NCBI GenBank assembly: GCA_963788195.1
Contig: CAWBGA010000017.1
Coordinates: 480,001 to 544,000 of the forward strand
Length of the DNA stretch: 64,000 bases
DNA from: Nitrospirota bacterium
GTDB taxonomy: Bacteria; Nitrospirota; Nitrospiria; Nitrospirales; NS-4
Reading direction: 5' to 3'
Part shown: positions 1 through 9,324 of the stretch, piece by piece
How positions within the stretch are numbered: position 1 is the stretch's first letter
Layout of the letters: every line of letters starts with the position of its first letter
Made by a program: the position numbers and the translations under genes
The notes under the pieces: generated by a model
What the model saw: only the letters and a program-made list of their open reading frames with translations
Database searches by the model: none
What the model was told of the DNA's origin: nothing

Positions 1-4
1 CGCT

Positions 5-892
5 TTGGTTGCATTCTATGCCGTGATATCCTACGTGTTTGTGTTGGGGGCGTCGATCCTGCCTCAATATGATCCCAACGTCGAGAAGGAAAAGATCGAC
101 AAGATCGTTAAGCCCAAGGCAGAAACACCGGAGCAACGTCGAGCACGGCTGGAAGCGCTGCTGAAAAAGGCCGAAGACCTGCAAATCAAGACCGATACGC
201 TTTTCACCGCGCTCAATAAATTCTCGCCCGCGCCCGCCTCTTCAACCATTTCCGTTCAGCCGTCCGCGGCTTCTGGATCTGTAGACATTATCACGCGCGG
301 TATGGAGGTCTATGACCTTCACGAGTGCTACAACTGTCACAAGATCGGCGGTAAAGGCTCCGTGAAAAAGCGCGGGCCAGTTCTCGATAACATCGGGAGT
401 TACCTGACGCCTGACGACATCAAAAAGAAGGTCTTTGATCCGGGCTACTTATATGCCGAAGGCTTCGAAAAGGAGCACAAGAAAAAGCAGATGCCGGATA
501 AATATAAAGAACTGATGACCGATGAGGAGGTCTCAGCTTTGGCCGCCTACGTGGCGTCGCTGAAGAATCCGGCCGTTGAAACGCCGAAGCCGGTCTTCGT
601 GAAAAGCAACGTCACGCATGGTTTTATCGTGTACGGGTATGTCAAAGACAAAAGTGGGAAGCCGGTCCCGGGGGTTACTGTCCTCGCCAAGCCTCTTAAA
701 GCCGATCGTGAAGCCCATGATGGAAAAACGAATAACGAGGGCTACTACGAAATCTTCCTCCATATCCACAATGAAGACGTCGGGACAAAGATTGAGGTCA
801 GCGCGAAGGATGCGAAGAAAGAAATTACTGCCAATTACAATCCCGAGGACAAAGTCACGAAGCGCCAGGCTGCCGTAGACCTGGCTCTTTAG
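5..892 (+). CDS. Membrane-anchored mono-haem cytochrome c with C-terminal beta-sandwich (carboxypeptidase-regulatory-like) domain; probably 5'-truncated by the window edge
   Basis: CYNCH haem-binding motif, GPVLDNIG and MP (Met ligand) segments, N-terminal hydrophobic helix, C-terminal VYGYVKDKSGKPVPGVTV...TNNEGYY pattern. Confidence 0.75.
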   Translation: MVAFYAVISYVFVLGASILPQYDPNVEKEKIDKIVKPKAETPEQRRARLEALLKKAEDLQIKTDTLFTALNKFSPAPASSTISVQPSAASGSVDIITRGMEVYDLHECYNCHKIGGKGSVKKRGPVLDNIGSYLTPDDIKKKVFDPGYLYAEGFEKEHKKKQMPDKYKELMTDEEVSALAAYVASLKNPAVETPKPVFVKSNVTHGFIVYGYVKDKSGKPVPGVTVLAKPLKADREAHDGKTNNEGYYEIFLHIHNEDVGTKIEVSAKDAKKEITANYNPEDKVTKRQAAVDLAL

Positions 893-994
893 TCCAAGAC
901 CTACCTTTCTCCTTCTGCGACGAGTCCTCCGCTTCCAGCCAGCAGAGCAGGACGGATCTGAATACTGCTGCTGCGAAGAAACAGCAGCCGGCGG

Positions 995-1915
995 CTATTG
1001 AGGCTTCGCCGGATTGCGCCTTTGCCTTCCCCGCCAGACCGCTAATCCAGCCAGCCCCGTGCCTAATAACAGTAGTGTCGCTGGTTCCGGCACGGCTTGG
1101 GGTTCGCTATAAAGAAAGTCGTCCATCACGACGACATCAACGGGGTTTCCATTCTGATCATTCGGACCTAAAGCGGTATTGCCGGTCACGATACGCACCC
1201 TAGCAATACCTTCGCCAGCATTGAATAGGACTCCCAAGAATGAGAGGCCGTTGTTCGCCGTAGGCACCGAAAAAAGTCCAAGGGAGTTGTTATTGGCATC
1301 GAAATACTGAAGCGACGTCGTGTTGGCAAGATCCACGTCAGTGAACACCGCGCCGAATCCGGCCACCGTCGCAGGCAAGACACCACCGGTGCCTGGAAGA
1401 GAGAAGGTGCCCTCGGTGATGTTGCTGCCTATCGGGGTGAACAGCCGAAGTGGGCTGAAGGTCACAAAGGTGGTCGCATATGTCGCATTAATATCCGCAA
1501 GGCTCCCCTGCAGTGCGCCGCCGGGTATGATATCCACTGCGCCGGCAATGGGGGTCGTAATAGGGGTCTGCGTCAAGCCAGTGCCGGGGGTCGTGAACGT
1601 CGCTCCGCGGGTGTTCTGAAAAACAGTGAATGGTGTGACTGCGGCAGTGCCGGCTGTGGCCCCCCCGCCGTCCCAGTTGATCTCGCGACGACCGCTGGCC
1701 AGAGGGCCGGCAGCGTTGAGGTTGTCCGGGTTACCCAGAGCGGCGCGGAACAGGTTGACCGTGTCCAGAATCGAGGTCGGATCCGCACCTGAGTCGGAAA
1801 AGATAACCGGAGCCGCATTGGCAAGACCCGGTATCATTACGAGGACTGCGAACATCGTTAAAAGTCGACTCTGGCTCTTCACTGTGTTACCTCCTCCATC
1901 CCTGAGTTCGGACAT
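995..1915 (-). CDS. PEP-CTERM sorting domain surface protein
   Basis: Signal peptide; C-terminal VPEPATLLLLGTGLAGLAVWRGRQRR. Confidence 0.9.
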   Translation of the reverse strand: MSELRDGGGNTVKSQSRLLTMFAVLVMIPGLANAAPVIFSDSGADPTSILDTVNLFRAALGNPDNLNAAGPLASGRREINWDGGGATAGTAAVTPFTVFQNTRGATFTTPGTGLTQTPITTPIAGAVDIIPGGALQGSLADINATYATTFVTFSPLRLFTPIGSNITEGTFSLPGTGGVLPATVAGFGAVFTDVDLANTTSLQYFDANNNSLGLFSVPTANNGLSFLGVLFNAGEGIARVRIVTGNTALGPNDQNGNPVDVVVMDDFLYSEPQAVPEPATLLLLGTGLAGLAVWRGRQRRNPAKPQ

Positions 1916-2075
1916 GGTTCAAGCCCCTACCTCGGCTGGCGTCTAGTGACAGATCGCTAGATTGCGCCTTTTGCTTTAGGCAGACCCCTAATCCAATAGC
2001 CCCGTTATCGGTCAGACGCACAAGAATCGTAGGCAAAGCTACTCCTTCCTTGGAGATCTCATCCCCTCGGAAATG

Positions 2076-2091
2076 AGCAATTTACGTGCTA
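2076..2091 (-). promoter_or_regulatory. sigma54-like -24/-12 site upstream of PEP-CTERM gene 1
   Basis: TAGCACGTAAATTGCT on the minus strand (AG instead of GG at -24); TGT-N11-ACA site at 2143-2159. Confidence 0.45.
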
Positions 2092-2419
2092 TCTCGAAAA
2101 GCCTTTAACACCCGTAGGTTTCACTGGGTCCTGAATTACAACTGTTAAGACTTCCGACATGAGGGACCTGCGGCCTCGATCGAAATTTAGAGGGATTCAA
2201 ATCGTAACTATTTTAAAAGACAGAAGAATCTCTCTCACCCAACATATATTGAGACAAACCGATCCCCGTAAGACCCCTGTAAGATTTTCCGGCCAGTACC
2301 CGTTTGGGCATTGCTGCTTTTGAAATCCAACAATTTTCACCCGAACCGGCAATTTACAGGCGAACCTAGAATCGTGACATTGGCATACGCTCTTGCAGTC
2401 TATCTTTGGGAGGTTACAC

Positions 2420-2815
2420 ATGTGGGCTTCTTCTATACTTCTCGCCGGATCGCTGTTGGTCGGATCAAAGATGGCTGTTCTTATTTCAATGCCACAAGCC
2501 TGTTTTGTCTTTGGCGAAGTCCTGTGGTCCCCTAATCAGGCAACGGCCATGCTCTCGTCAAACTGCCCTATCCAGATTGGCCGCCAGGGCGGGGTTATTG
2601 TAATGAAGGGTACGCGCCGGATGGTGAATGTTGCGATTCCAAAAGATCCCGGCCTCCATGAGTTTGTCTATCGGTGGGGCGAGAGTTTCGCGCGGTTCGA
2701 CGATGAAAAGGTGCGGGTGGCGTTTGGGCCTCTGCCCGTGGAACAGGCCCCTTCGTCTGGCGCGACTCCGCAAGAGGAGCCTGCCGTCGAACATCATGTG
2801 GGAAATCGAAACTAG
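2420..2815 (+). CDS. Hypothetical exported protein
   Basis: ORF with GGAGG ahead of ATG 2420 and a hydrophobic N-terminus. Confidence 0.5.
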   Translation: MWASSILLAGSLLVGSKMAVLISMPQACFVFGEVLWSPNQATAMLSSNCPIQIGRQGGVIVMKGTRRMVNVAIPKDPGLHEFVYRWGESFARFDDEKVRVAFGPLPVEQAPSSGATPQEEPAVEHHVGNRN

Positions 2816-2817
2816 TG

Positions 2818-3264
2818 TTACTGTGCACCGGTTGAACCAAACCCGCGCGTCCCTCTGGTGGTAGGCGACAAACTATCGACCTCTTCCAGTGCCGGCGTGA
2901 CGATCGACAGAATAATGAGCTGGGCAATGCGGTCCCCTTCCTCGACAATAAACTCCAGCCCGGAAAAGTTTTTAAGTTCGACTTTGAGCTCCCCGCGATA
3001 GTCAGAATCGATCCACCCTGCCCCGACCTCAATATTGTGCTTCACTGACAGGCCGGAGCGTGAGCCGACGCGCCCCACATGCCTTTCGGGGATGTCCAAG
3101 GCCACACCGGTCGGTACGAGAGCGCGGCCTATGTTGACTCGTCCCTCAAGCATCTGCGCCGCCGGAATCACGGTTCGCTCGGCGGCAAAAAGATCATACC
3201 CGGCCGCGCCTTCCGAAGCACGACGGGGTAATTGGGCATGAGAAGAAAGCCGGGTGATTTTCAC
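2818..3264 (-). CDS. dut: dUTP diphosphatase
   Basis: AGYDL, SRSGLS, IDSDYRGE, GDRIAQL and RGTRGFGSTG motifs; GTG start overlaps the rpiA stop (GTGA). Confidence 0.95.
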   Translation of the reverse strand: MKITRLSSHAQLPRRASEGAAGYDLFAAERTVIPAAQMLEGRVNIGRALVPTGVALDIPERHVGRVGSRSGLSVKHNIEVGAGWIDSDYRGELKVELKNFSGLEFIVEEGDRIAQLIILSIVTPALEEVDSLSPTTRGTRGFGSTGAQ

Positions 3265-3941
3265 GGACGCGTGAGTGTCACGATTCCCTGCCGTGTCGAG
3301 ACAACAGCGATGTTGGTGCGCCCGATAAACAGACCGCTGCATACGACGCCGGGCATCTTTTCGAGGTCTTCTTCCAGACGGCCCGGAGCCTCAATGTTGG
3401 GAAATGTCAGATCCAAGATATAATGCCCCGCCTCGGTGATGAACAGCTCGCCGTTCTTCAGCCTGGGTGAAACCGCAAAGCCATAGCGCTCTATTTGTTT
3501 CGCAACTGTGCGCCATCCGAAAGGCACGACTTCAATCGGCAACGGAAAGGCGCCACCAAGGACTGGCACACGTTTGCTTTCATCGATCACCACCACAAAT
3601 CGTGCAGACGCCGCGGCTACGATCTTTTCCTTTAAGAGCGCGCCCCCCCCGCCTTTTATCAGGTTCAACTCTGGATCCATCTGATCCGCGCCATCAATCG
3701 TGACGTCGATCGCCCACTCCGCGTCATCCGCGAGGAGGAGTATCCCGGCATCCCTCGCCAGTCGCGCCGTTTCAAACGATGTCGCCACGCCCCGAATTTT
3801 CAAGCCTTCACGAACCATAAGCGCAAGCTTGGCCATGACAAACCGCATCGTTGAGCCTGTGCCCAACCCCACAGTCTGACCATCGACAATATACTTGACC
3901 GCCTCCTCGGCAGCGGCCTTTTTCAAACTCTCCTGATCCAT
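3261..3941 (-). CDS. rpiA: Ribose-5-phosphate isomerase A
   Basis: GLGTGST, DGAD and IKGGGGALLKEKIVA motifs. Confidence 0.95.
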   Translation of the reverse strand: MDQESLKKAAAEEAVKYIVDGQTVGLGTGSTMRFVMAKLALMVREGLKIRGVATSFETARLARDAGILLLADDAEWAIDVTIDGADQMDPELNLIKGGGGALLKEKIVAAASARFVVVIDESKRVPVLGGAFPLPIEVVPFGWRTVAKQIERYGFAVSPRLKNGELFITEAGHYILDLTFPNIEAPGRLEEDLEKMPGVVCSGLFIGRTNIAVVSTRQGIVTLTRP

Positions 3942-4232
3942 GTCCTTAAGCTTGATAGGCAAAACTCTTGTCGGTGAGCACCTTCTATCAACCGCTCAGG
4001 TTTGAATGCAACCTGCCATTTGCCGGCGCAAGCCATAGTAGCGATGCAATTTTGCATGGGACGCAGCGGCTGCATCCTATAGAATTTCCAGAAGGCGCGC
4101 AACTTGAACTCTGATCATACCCAAAGGTTCCGGGAAATCTCCCCACCCTGAAAACGTCTCTTTCCCGTGGAAAACATTGCTACTCTTGACAGGCGTTGTT
4201 AGAATGGCCGCGTCAAACGGAAGGCCGCGCCT

Positions 4233-6023
4233 TTGCACATCCCGACTCCCCTACTCAAGACTTTTAACAACTCGCTCGCCGAACTCGGCTCCGAACTCGT
4301 CTTAATTGCTCTCAAAGAAGATGGGTTTGGACCATTTCTTCCACAGGCATCACGCGGCTTCTCTCCGAGGGAAATCCAAGCCATTGTTCGGGCGTTGTCC
4401 TATCCAGAAGTTAAACTTGACGGGGCGGGCGAAAACGGCCGGACGGGACCGTCGAAAATCCGCATGCGGATGACCTCACCTTCACATCGTTCCCTTTTGG
4501 GCGTGCCGTTGCGATTGCAGCGCAACATCTGTGGAGCGCTTGTCATTGGGCGCAAGGATATTACCTCCTTTAGTGAAAAGGAGCAGCGGCATGCCGAAAG
4601 CACCGCCGGAGAACTGGAGGTCGCGCTTGCCAAATCGGGGATCCTTGGCAAAGTTCCTTCGCCCATGGTCTCGTCGGCCGCCACGCCCGCGGCTGTTCGT
4701 TCTGACACCCTCTCAGCGGCCGAGAGTCCGTTGGATGCATCTGCGATAGAAGCCATGTTGACGGAGGCTCAAATCGTCATTCCTTATGATCGCGCGCTTC
4801 TCACTCGTTACGAAAATAATGCCCAATTGCTCGTAGGCTTCCTGTCGCACACGCCGGGGCATTTTGAGTGGAGGCAGGGTCAAATTTTCACGCTGGACGG
4901 TTCCGCTGCAGGCTGGGTCATCCGCCATAAAAAGTCTAGACTTGACCGCGACCTGGCATCCACGCAAGGTCGATTCCTGGACTATAAGGAGCTCTACCAG
5001 GACAAGTTTAAAACCGCGCTGGTGATCCCGTTACGAAGGGGCCATGATTTCGTGGGCACGATCACATTCGGGTCCAAAACAACAGACATGTACAATCTCG
5101 ACATGGCTCGGGCCGCATCAGGTATTCTGGAGCGTCTCGCGCGCTTTCTTCCGGCCATGGGACCTCCCGTCCCTATCCCTGAGCCGAGCCAAAGAGTCGA
5201 GAAGGTGGGAGGGGCTCCTGCAGTCACCGCAAATCCCGCCGTGACCTACCCGCAGGAGTCCCGCGAGGCGCGAGAAATGATGTTGCGTCAGGAACGCCAA
5301 GCGGCTATCCGTGAGCTCACTGTTTTCCTAGAACAAGAGATACGACAGACTCTCACAAAGACCCGCGTGGAACTCGAGGACATTTTGGCCGACAAAACGC
5401 TTGGAGACACCGTGCCAATCGGCTCGCTGACGCGCGTGGATCAGGCGTGCCGGGATCTGACCGGCATCGAAACAACCCTCAATGAGATCCTTGATAACGC
5501 CAAACCCTTACACCTTCATCCACGTGTCATCCGGATTCCGGAGGTCATCGAGAGCGCCCTCAGTATCGTCGCCAGCGATATGGACCAACACCAAATTACG
5601 GTCACCCGACAGTTTGCCGATCCCTTGCCGACGATAAAAGCGGATGAGAGCAAACTTCAACAGGTCTTTCTCAGCATCTTGAAGAACGCCCTGCAGGCCA
5701 TGACGCCCGGAGGCCATATCCACATCGAAGCGGTTCCGTATCGAGGCGTGCGCAGCCGACATGAAGTGGCGATCACTATTGAGAACGATGGGGCGCCGAT
5801 TCCCACTGAGCATATCGGAAAGATCTTTGAGCCGGGATTCACCACAAAGGCGGCGGGCACCGGGTTGGGACTTTCCTCGGTCAAAAAGATCATCGAAGAG
5901 CATCGCGGACAGATTTCGATAGCGAGCGGACCCGGACAAGGGACGACTGTGATTATTCGCCTTCCCGCGCAGGGTGCTTCGAGAGTTATGGGCCGTGGAC
6001 GACGCCGCCCCAGGAGGCGGTAG
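4233..6023 (+). CDS. Double-GAF sensor with HisKA-like and HATPase_c domains; phospho-acceptor His apparently absent
   Basis: Two GAF-like segments (SLLGVPL, TALVIPL); N box LKNALQA, F box IFEPGFTTK, G2 box GTGLGL; H box reads EQEIRQTL. Confidence 0.8.
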   Translation: MHIPTPLLKTFNNSLAELGSELVLIALKEDGFGPFLPQASRGFSPREIQAIVRALSYPEVKLDGAGENGRTGPSKIRMRMTSPSHRSLLGVPLRLQRNICGALVIGRKDITSFSEKEQRHAESTAGELEVALAKSGILGKVPSPMVSSAATPAAVRSDTLSAAESPLDASAIEAMLTEAQIVIPYDRALLTRYENNAQLLVGFLSHTPGHFEWRQGQIFTLDGSAAGWVIRHKKSRLDRDLASTQGRFLDYKELYQDKFKTALVIPLRRGHDFVGTITFGSKTTDMYNLDMARAASGILERLARFLPAMGPPVPIPEPSQRVEKVGGAPAVTANPAVTYPQESREAREMMLRQERQAAIRELTVFLEQEIRQTLTKTRVELEDILADKTLGDTVPIGSLTRVDQACRDLTGIETTLNEILDNAKPLHLHPRVIRIPEVIESALSIVASDMDQHQITVTRQFADPLPTIKADESKLQQVFLSILKNALQAMTPGGHIHIEAVPYRGVRSRHEVAITIENDGAPIPTEHIGKIFEPGFTTKAAGTGLGLSSVKKIIEEHRGQISIASGPGQGTTVIIRLPAQGASRVMGRGRRRPRRR

Positions 6024-6109
6024 GCTCCCTTGACAGCTTACAGCAAGTGCGGTATCGTCGTTTGCGTTTTCCCCGAATAAGAATCGGTCTCTTATATATG
6101 GAGGGTCGT

Positions 6110-6463
6110 ATGAAACTTTCACTTTTTGCATTGGCTCTGGTGTTAAGCTTTGTGTTCATGGCGTCAACTAGCTTCGCCAATCCGGCAATGATGAAGAAAC
6201 ATCCAGGCTATCCGGACGAGACCGGAAAAGCGTCCACGGCCGTCGGGGAGGCAGCAAGTCTGAAGGCCGCTGAAGAACCCGCGAATGTCGCTATTAAAAA
6301 ACAAAATAATGATGCCCGCGGGGGCGTCAGCGACCACGACCAGCTGAAGCGTAACGAAAACTCGCGTCTACCGGACGTCGTTGGGCCTGGACACGTCACG
6401 ACGAAGGGCGTGAGCGAGAACTACATCAAAGAAGGCACCAAGGTTAACGCGAATCCCAAATAG
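6110..6463 (+). CDS. Small secreted hypothetical protein
   Basis: GGAGG RBS; signal peptide MKLSLFALALVLSFVFMASTSFA. Confidence 0.7.
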   Translation: MKLSLFALALVLSFVFMASTSFANPAMMKKHPGYPDETGKASTAVGEAASLKAAEEPANVAIKKQNNDARGGVSDHDQLKRNENSRLPDVVGPGHVTTKGVSENYIKEGTKVNANPK

Positions 6464-6483
6464 GCATTTCTGAACGTCTTCAC

Positions 6484-6513
6484 AGGGGAAGGCCACCGTC
6501 GTGGTCTTCCCCT
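6484..6513 (+). terminator. Probable intrinsic terminator hairpin
   Basis: AGGGGAAGGCCAC-CGTC-GTGGTCTTCCCCT inverted repeat after the stop codon. Confidence 0.55.
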
Positions 6514-6643
6514 TCGTCCTTCTCACCCCGCTGCCCATTCCTATATCCCTGCGTCATTTTGCTGCTATCCGAGACGCTTGATCCCATAGTCGGGTTTTTT
6601 TAAGTTGCCGCCGGACACTCATTCTGATTCAGGCCGTATCCGC

Positions 6644-7888
6644 ATGGCGCCGCCGACACAGTCGAAAGTCCTTGGCCTCTTCACAAGTTGGCGCATGCTG
6701 GTGGTCCTCTTGCTGGGATTCTCGTCAGGTCTTCCGCTCGCGTTAACGGCCACGACTCTCCAGGCTTGGATGAAATCCGAGAACGCGGATCTCACGGTGA
6801 TCGGATTGTTTTCGTTGGTTGCCCTGCCGTACGGGCTAAAAGTCCTATGGGCCCCTGCGATGGATCGCTTTATACCTCCATTCCTGGGCCGCCGCCGAGG
6901 CTGGATGTTACTGTCACAAATCGCCTTGGTGTTTACGATCGCAGCGATGGCGTTTAGCAACCCCGTGCGTTTTCCTGCCGTCATGGCGCTTCTGGCTTTT
7001 CTGGTCGCATTCTTCAGCGCGAGTCAAGACATCGTCGTGGACGCTTACCGTACGGATTTGGCCAAGCCGGAAGAAATCGGCCCCGCGGCGGCGTTGTACA
7101 TTACCGGTTATCGCATCGGTATGTTGACGTCAGGGGCGGTGGCCCTGATCTTGTCAGACCATTTGTCCTGGCAAATGGTCTATCTACTCATGGCTGCAGC
7201 GATGACCATAGGCATCGTTGCGTCGGTGTTTGCGCCTGAACCTCCCGAACCCGCCAAACTCCCACGAACTCTTAAGGAGGCAGTGGTGCTGCCTTTTGTC
7301 GAGTACTTCCGACGACAAGGCGCGCTGGAGGTGCTGGCCTTCATTATTCTTTACAAGATCGATGTCGTTATAGCGATGGCGATGACAACCCCTTTTCTGA
7401 TGGACCTTGGTTTCACCAAAACCGATATCGGCGCCGTCACGAAGGGCTTTGGCCTCGTCGCGACAATACTGGGGACCTTGGCAGGGGGTGCCCTGATGGT
7501 CAAACTTGGCCTTAAGCGCTCTCTTTGGGCCTTCGGCCTAAGTCAGGGGATCTCGGGCTTTTCATTTATGTGGCTCGCGCATGTGGGGCACGACTATCCG
7601 ACGATGGTCGCAGCAATCACGATTGAAAGCTTCTGCAGCGGCATGGGAACGGCGGCATTCACTGCCTTTCTGATGAGCATTTGTGACAAACGCTTTACCG
7701 CTACTCAGTACGCGCTCTTTACCAGTGTCATGGGATTGAGCCGGGTCATCGGCAGCGCCCCCACCGGATATATCGCAAAGGTGTTGGGATGGGAGCAATA
7801 TTTCCTGTTGAGCGTGCTCGCCATGGTGCCCGGCCTTTTATTATTGACGCGGTACTCCACATGGAAGTTTACTTCCGCTACGAAATAG
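6644..7888 (+). CDS. ampG: AmpG-family muropeptide MFS transporter
   Basis: LGFSSGLP, LKVLWAP, GRRRGW, SASQDIVVDAYR and ATQYAL motifs. Confidence 0.9.
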   Translation: MAPPTQSKVLGLFTSWRMLVVLLLGFSSGLPLALTATTLQAWMKSENADLTVIGLFSLVALPYGLKVLWAPAMDRFIPPFLGRRRGWMLLSQIALVFTIAAMAFSNPVRFPAVMALLAFLVAFFSASQDIVVDAYRTDLAKPEEIGPAAALYITGYRIGMLTSGAVALILSDHLSWQMVYLLMAAAMTIGIVASVFAPEPPEPAKLPRTLKEAVVLPFVEYFRRQGALEVLAFIILYKIDVVIAMAMTTPFLMDLGFTKTDIGAVTKGFGLVATILGTLAGGALMVKLGLKRSLWAFGLSQGISGFSFMWLAHVGHDYPTMVAAITIESFCSGMGTAAFTAFLMSICDKRFTATQYALFTSVMGLSRVIGSAPTGYIAKVLGWEQYFLLSVLAMVPGLLLLTRYSTWKFTSATK

Positions 7889-7952
7889 GAGTGTACCAGA
7901 GAAAACCGCCGCGCCTTGATTCCGGGTCATGCCGTGGTATACTCAACGCAGG

Positions 7953-8156
7953 ATGAGACGTTTTACGATTACCGGTATTATTGAAGGGAACGGGCAGCCC
8001 CATCCCACGTTCACGCGCGACGCCGCGTATCCGGTTCTTGAGGTCCTCTGGCAGCCTTCTGGTAACCTTCCCGGGTTCCTGGTCGCGGATGATCAGGGCC
8101 GCTTCCATTTCATTCGAATGGATCATTGCCGCCTCAGTAAAATCGAGGCCCTGTAA
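7953..8156 (+). CDS. Small hypothetical protein
   Basis: ORF collinear with its neighbours; no recognised motif; start uncertain (7929 or 7953). Confidence 0.45.
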   Translation: MRRFTITGIIEGNGQPHPTFTRDAAYPVLEVLWQPSGNLPGFLVADDQGRFHFIRMDHCRLSKIEAL

Positions 8157-8160
8157 TCTT

Positions 8161-8667
8161 ATGTCAGACGTCTCGCCTGAGCAGGTGGGGCGCGAGCTGT
8201 CCGACTTGGCCTTCGGAATCATCGAGCAAAACTGGCTGCAGGAGCATATCGGAAAGATCATTGATCTGAAGACCGTTCAGGACCTCGACGCCGCGGAATG
8301 GGAACTGACCTACTTTATCCTGTTTGCTATCACCAACGGCTGCGGGACTGTCGCGGCCCAGGACCCCACGCGAACGACCGCGATCTTGAAGGCCTTTCAT
8401 CGTATCGTTCTGCAACACATCGCGGATCAGGCGGGCCCGGAGATCGCGGGCGCGCATCAAAACAATCTACCGGCGCGCTACCGGTTATATAACGACGCGG
8501 TCCGCGGAGAAGACAAAAACAGCTCATATAGGCTTTTGGGCGAGGCGGCAGCAATTCAGATTTTAGGTAAGGATATCGAGGACTCTCAGACTTCGGATAA
8601 CTTTCGCGAAACGATGAAAGTGATTTTTGGGGAAGTCCGAGATACCGCGATCAAGACGATGCAGTGA
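8161..8667 (+). CDS. Hypothetical protein
   Basis: ORF starting 4 nt after the upstream stop; no recognised motif. Confidence 0.6.
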   Translation: MSDVSPEQVGRELSDLAFGIIEQNWLQEHIGKIIDLKTVQDLDAAEWELTYFILFAITNGCGTVAAQDPTRTTAILKAFHRIVLQHIADQAGPEIAGAHQNNLPARYRLYNDAVRGEDKNSSYRLLGEAAAIQILGKDIEDSQTSDNFRETMKVIFGEVRDTAIKTMQ

Positions 8668-8689
8668 GCATCACGAAAGGACGCGTGGG

Positions 8690-9115
8690 ATGGATTTTGA
8701 TATCGGTTCCAATTCGTATCAAAACGCGGAGAGCAGCATCGAAATCGACGGGATGAGGCAGTTGTCGTTCGATTATATCCGTCGTTACAACGAGATCATG
8801 GTCAAGGGCATGGTGTTTGATCAACACGGGACCCTGACGGCAAGATTTTCCGAAAACACACTTTCACTGAATATTCGCGGCGAGTACGAGATGGTCTCTG
8901 AGGCCTCGGTCGTCAAGCTCCTTCATAAGGCGAAGCAGGAGGTCCTGCTGGAGGTGAAATTTCTGGATAAAGAGCGTGTGCAGATCCAGAAAGCCAGGTT
9001 ATATACCGGCAAAGGCAGGCCTTTTGAAGTCACATCGGCAATGTGGCGGATCGGCGACCAAAGCCACAGCGCCGAGGTGATCGACTGCGCCGGCGAGCCC
9101 GTCAAGTTAATCTAG
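8690..9115 (+). CDS. Hypothetical protein
   Basis: ORF in the same apparent operon; no recognised motif. Confidence 0.6.
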   Translation: MDFDIGSNSYQNAESSIEIDGMRQLSFDYIRRYNEIMVKGMVFDQHGTLTARFSENTLSLNIRGEYEMVSEASVVKLLHKAKQEVLLEVKFLDKERVQIQKARLYTGKGRPFEVTSAMWRIGDQSHSAEVIDCAGEPVKLI

Positions 9116-9220
9116 CTTCGGGTCCTGCCATCGCCATTTTACTGTTTCTTCCATAGCTCAAACCTCATAATACCGAGAGGCTCCTCCGCAAGGTCCCCTA
9201 GGAACCACTCGCACAACCAA

Positions 9221-9249
9221 CCCTTCGTCCTGAGCTTGTCGAAGGACGG
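9221..9249. repeat. REP-type palindrome (family A)
   Basis: CCCTTCGTCCTGAGCTTGTCGAAGGACGG; same family as 32700-32816 and the IS110 target. Confidence 0.7.
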
Positions 9250-9324
9250 TGCGCCAAGGCCCCTGTGCGACCCCACCCGTTCGCACTGATTTCCACATTT
9301 GCCTCAAACTCAGGCGAAAAAATC

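Noticed and set aside
2381..2397. sigma54 promoter for ORF 2420
   Set aside because: The spacing is GG-N11-GC rather than the required N10 (it could be an indel error, but it is unsupported as given).
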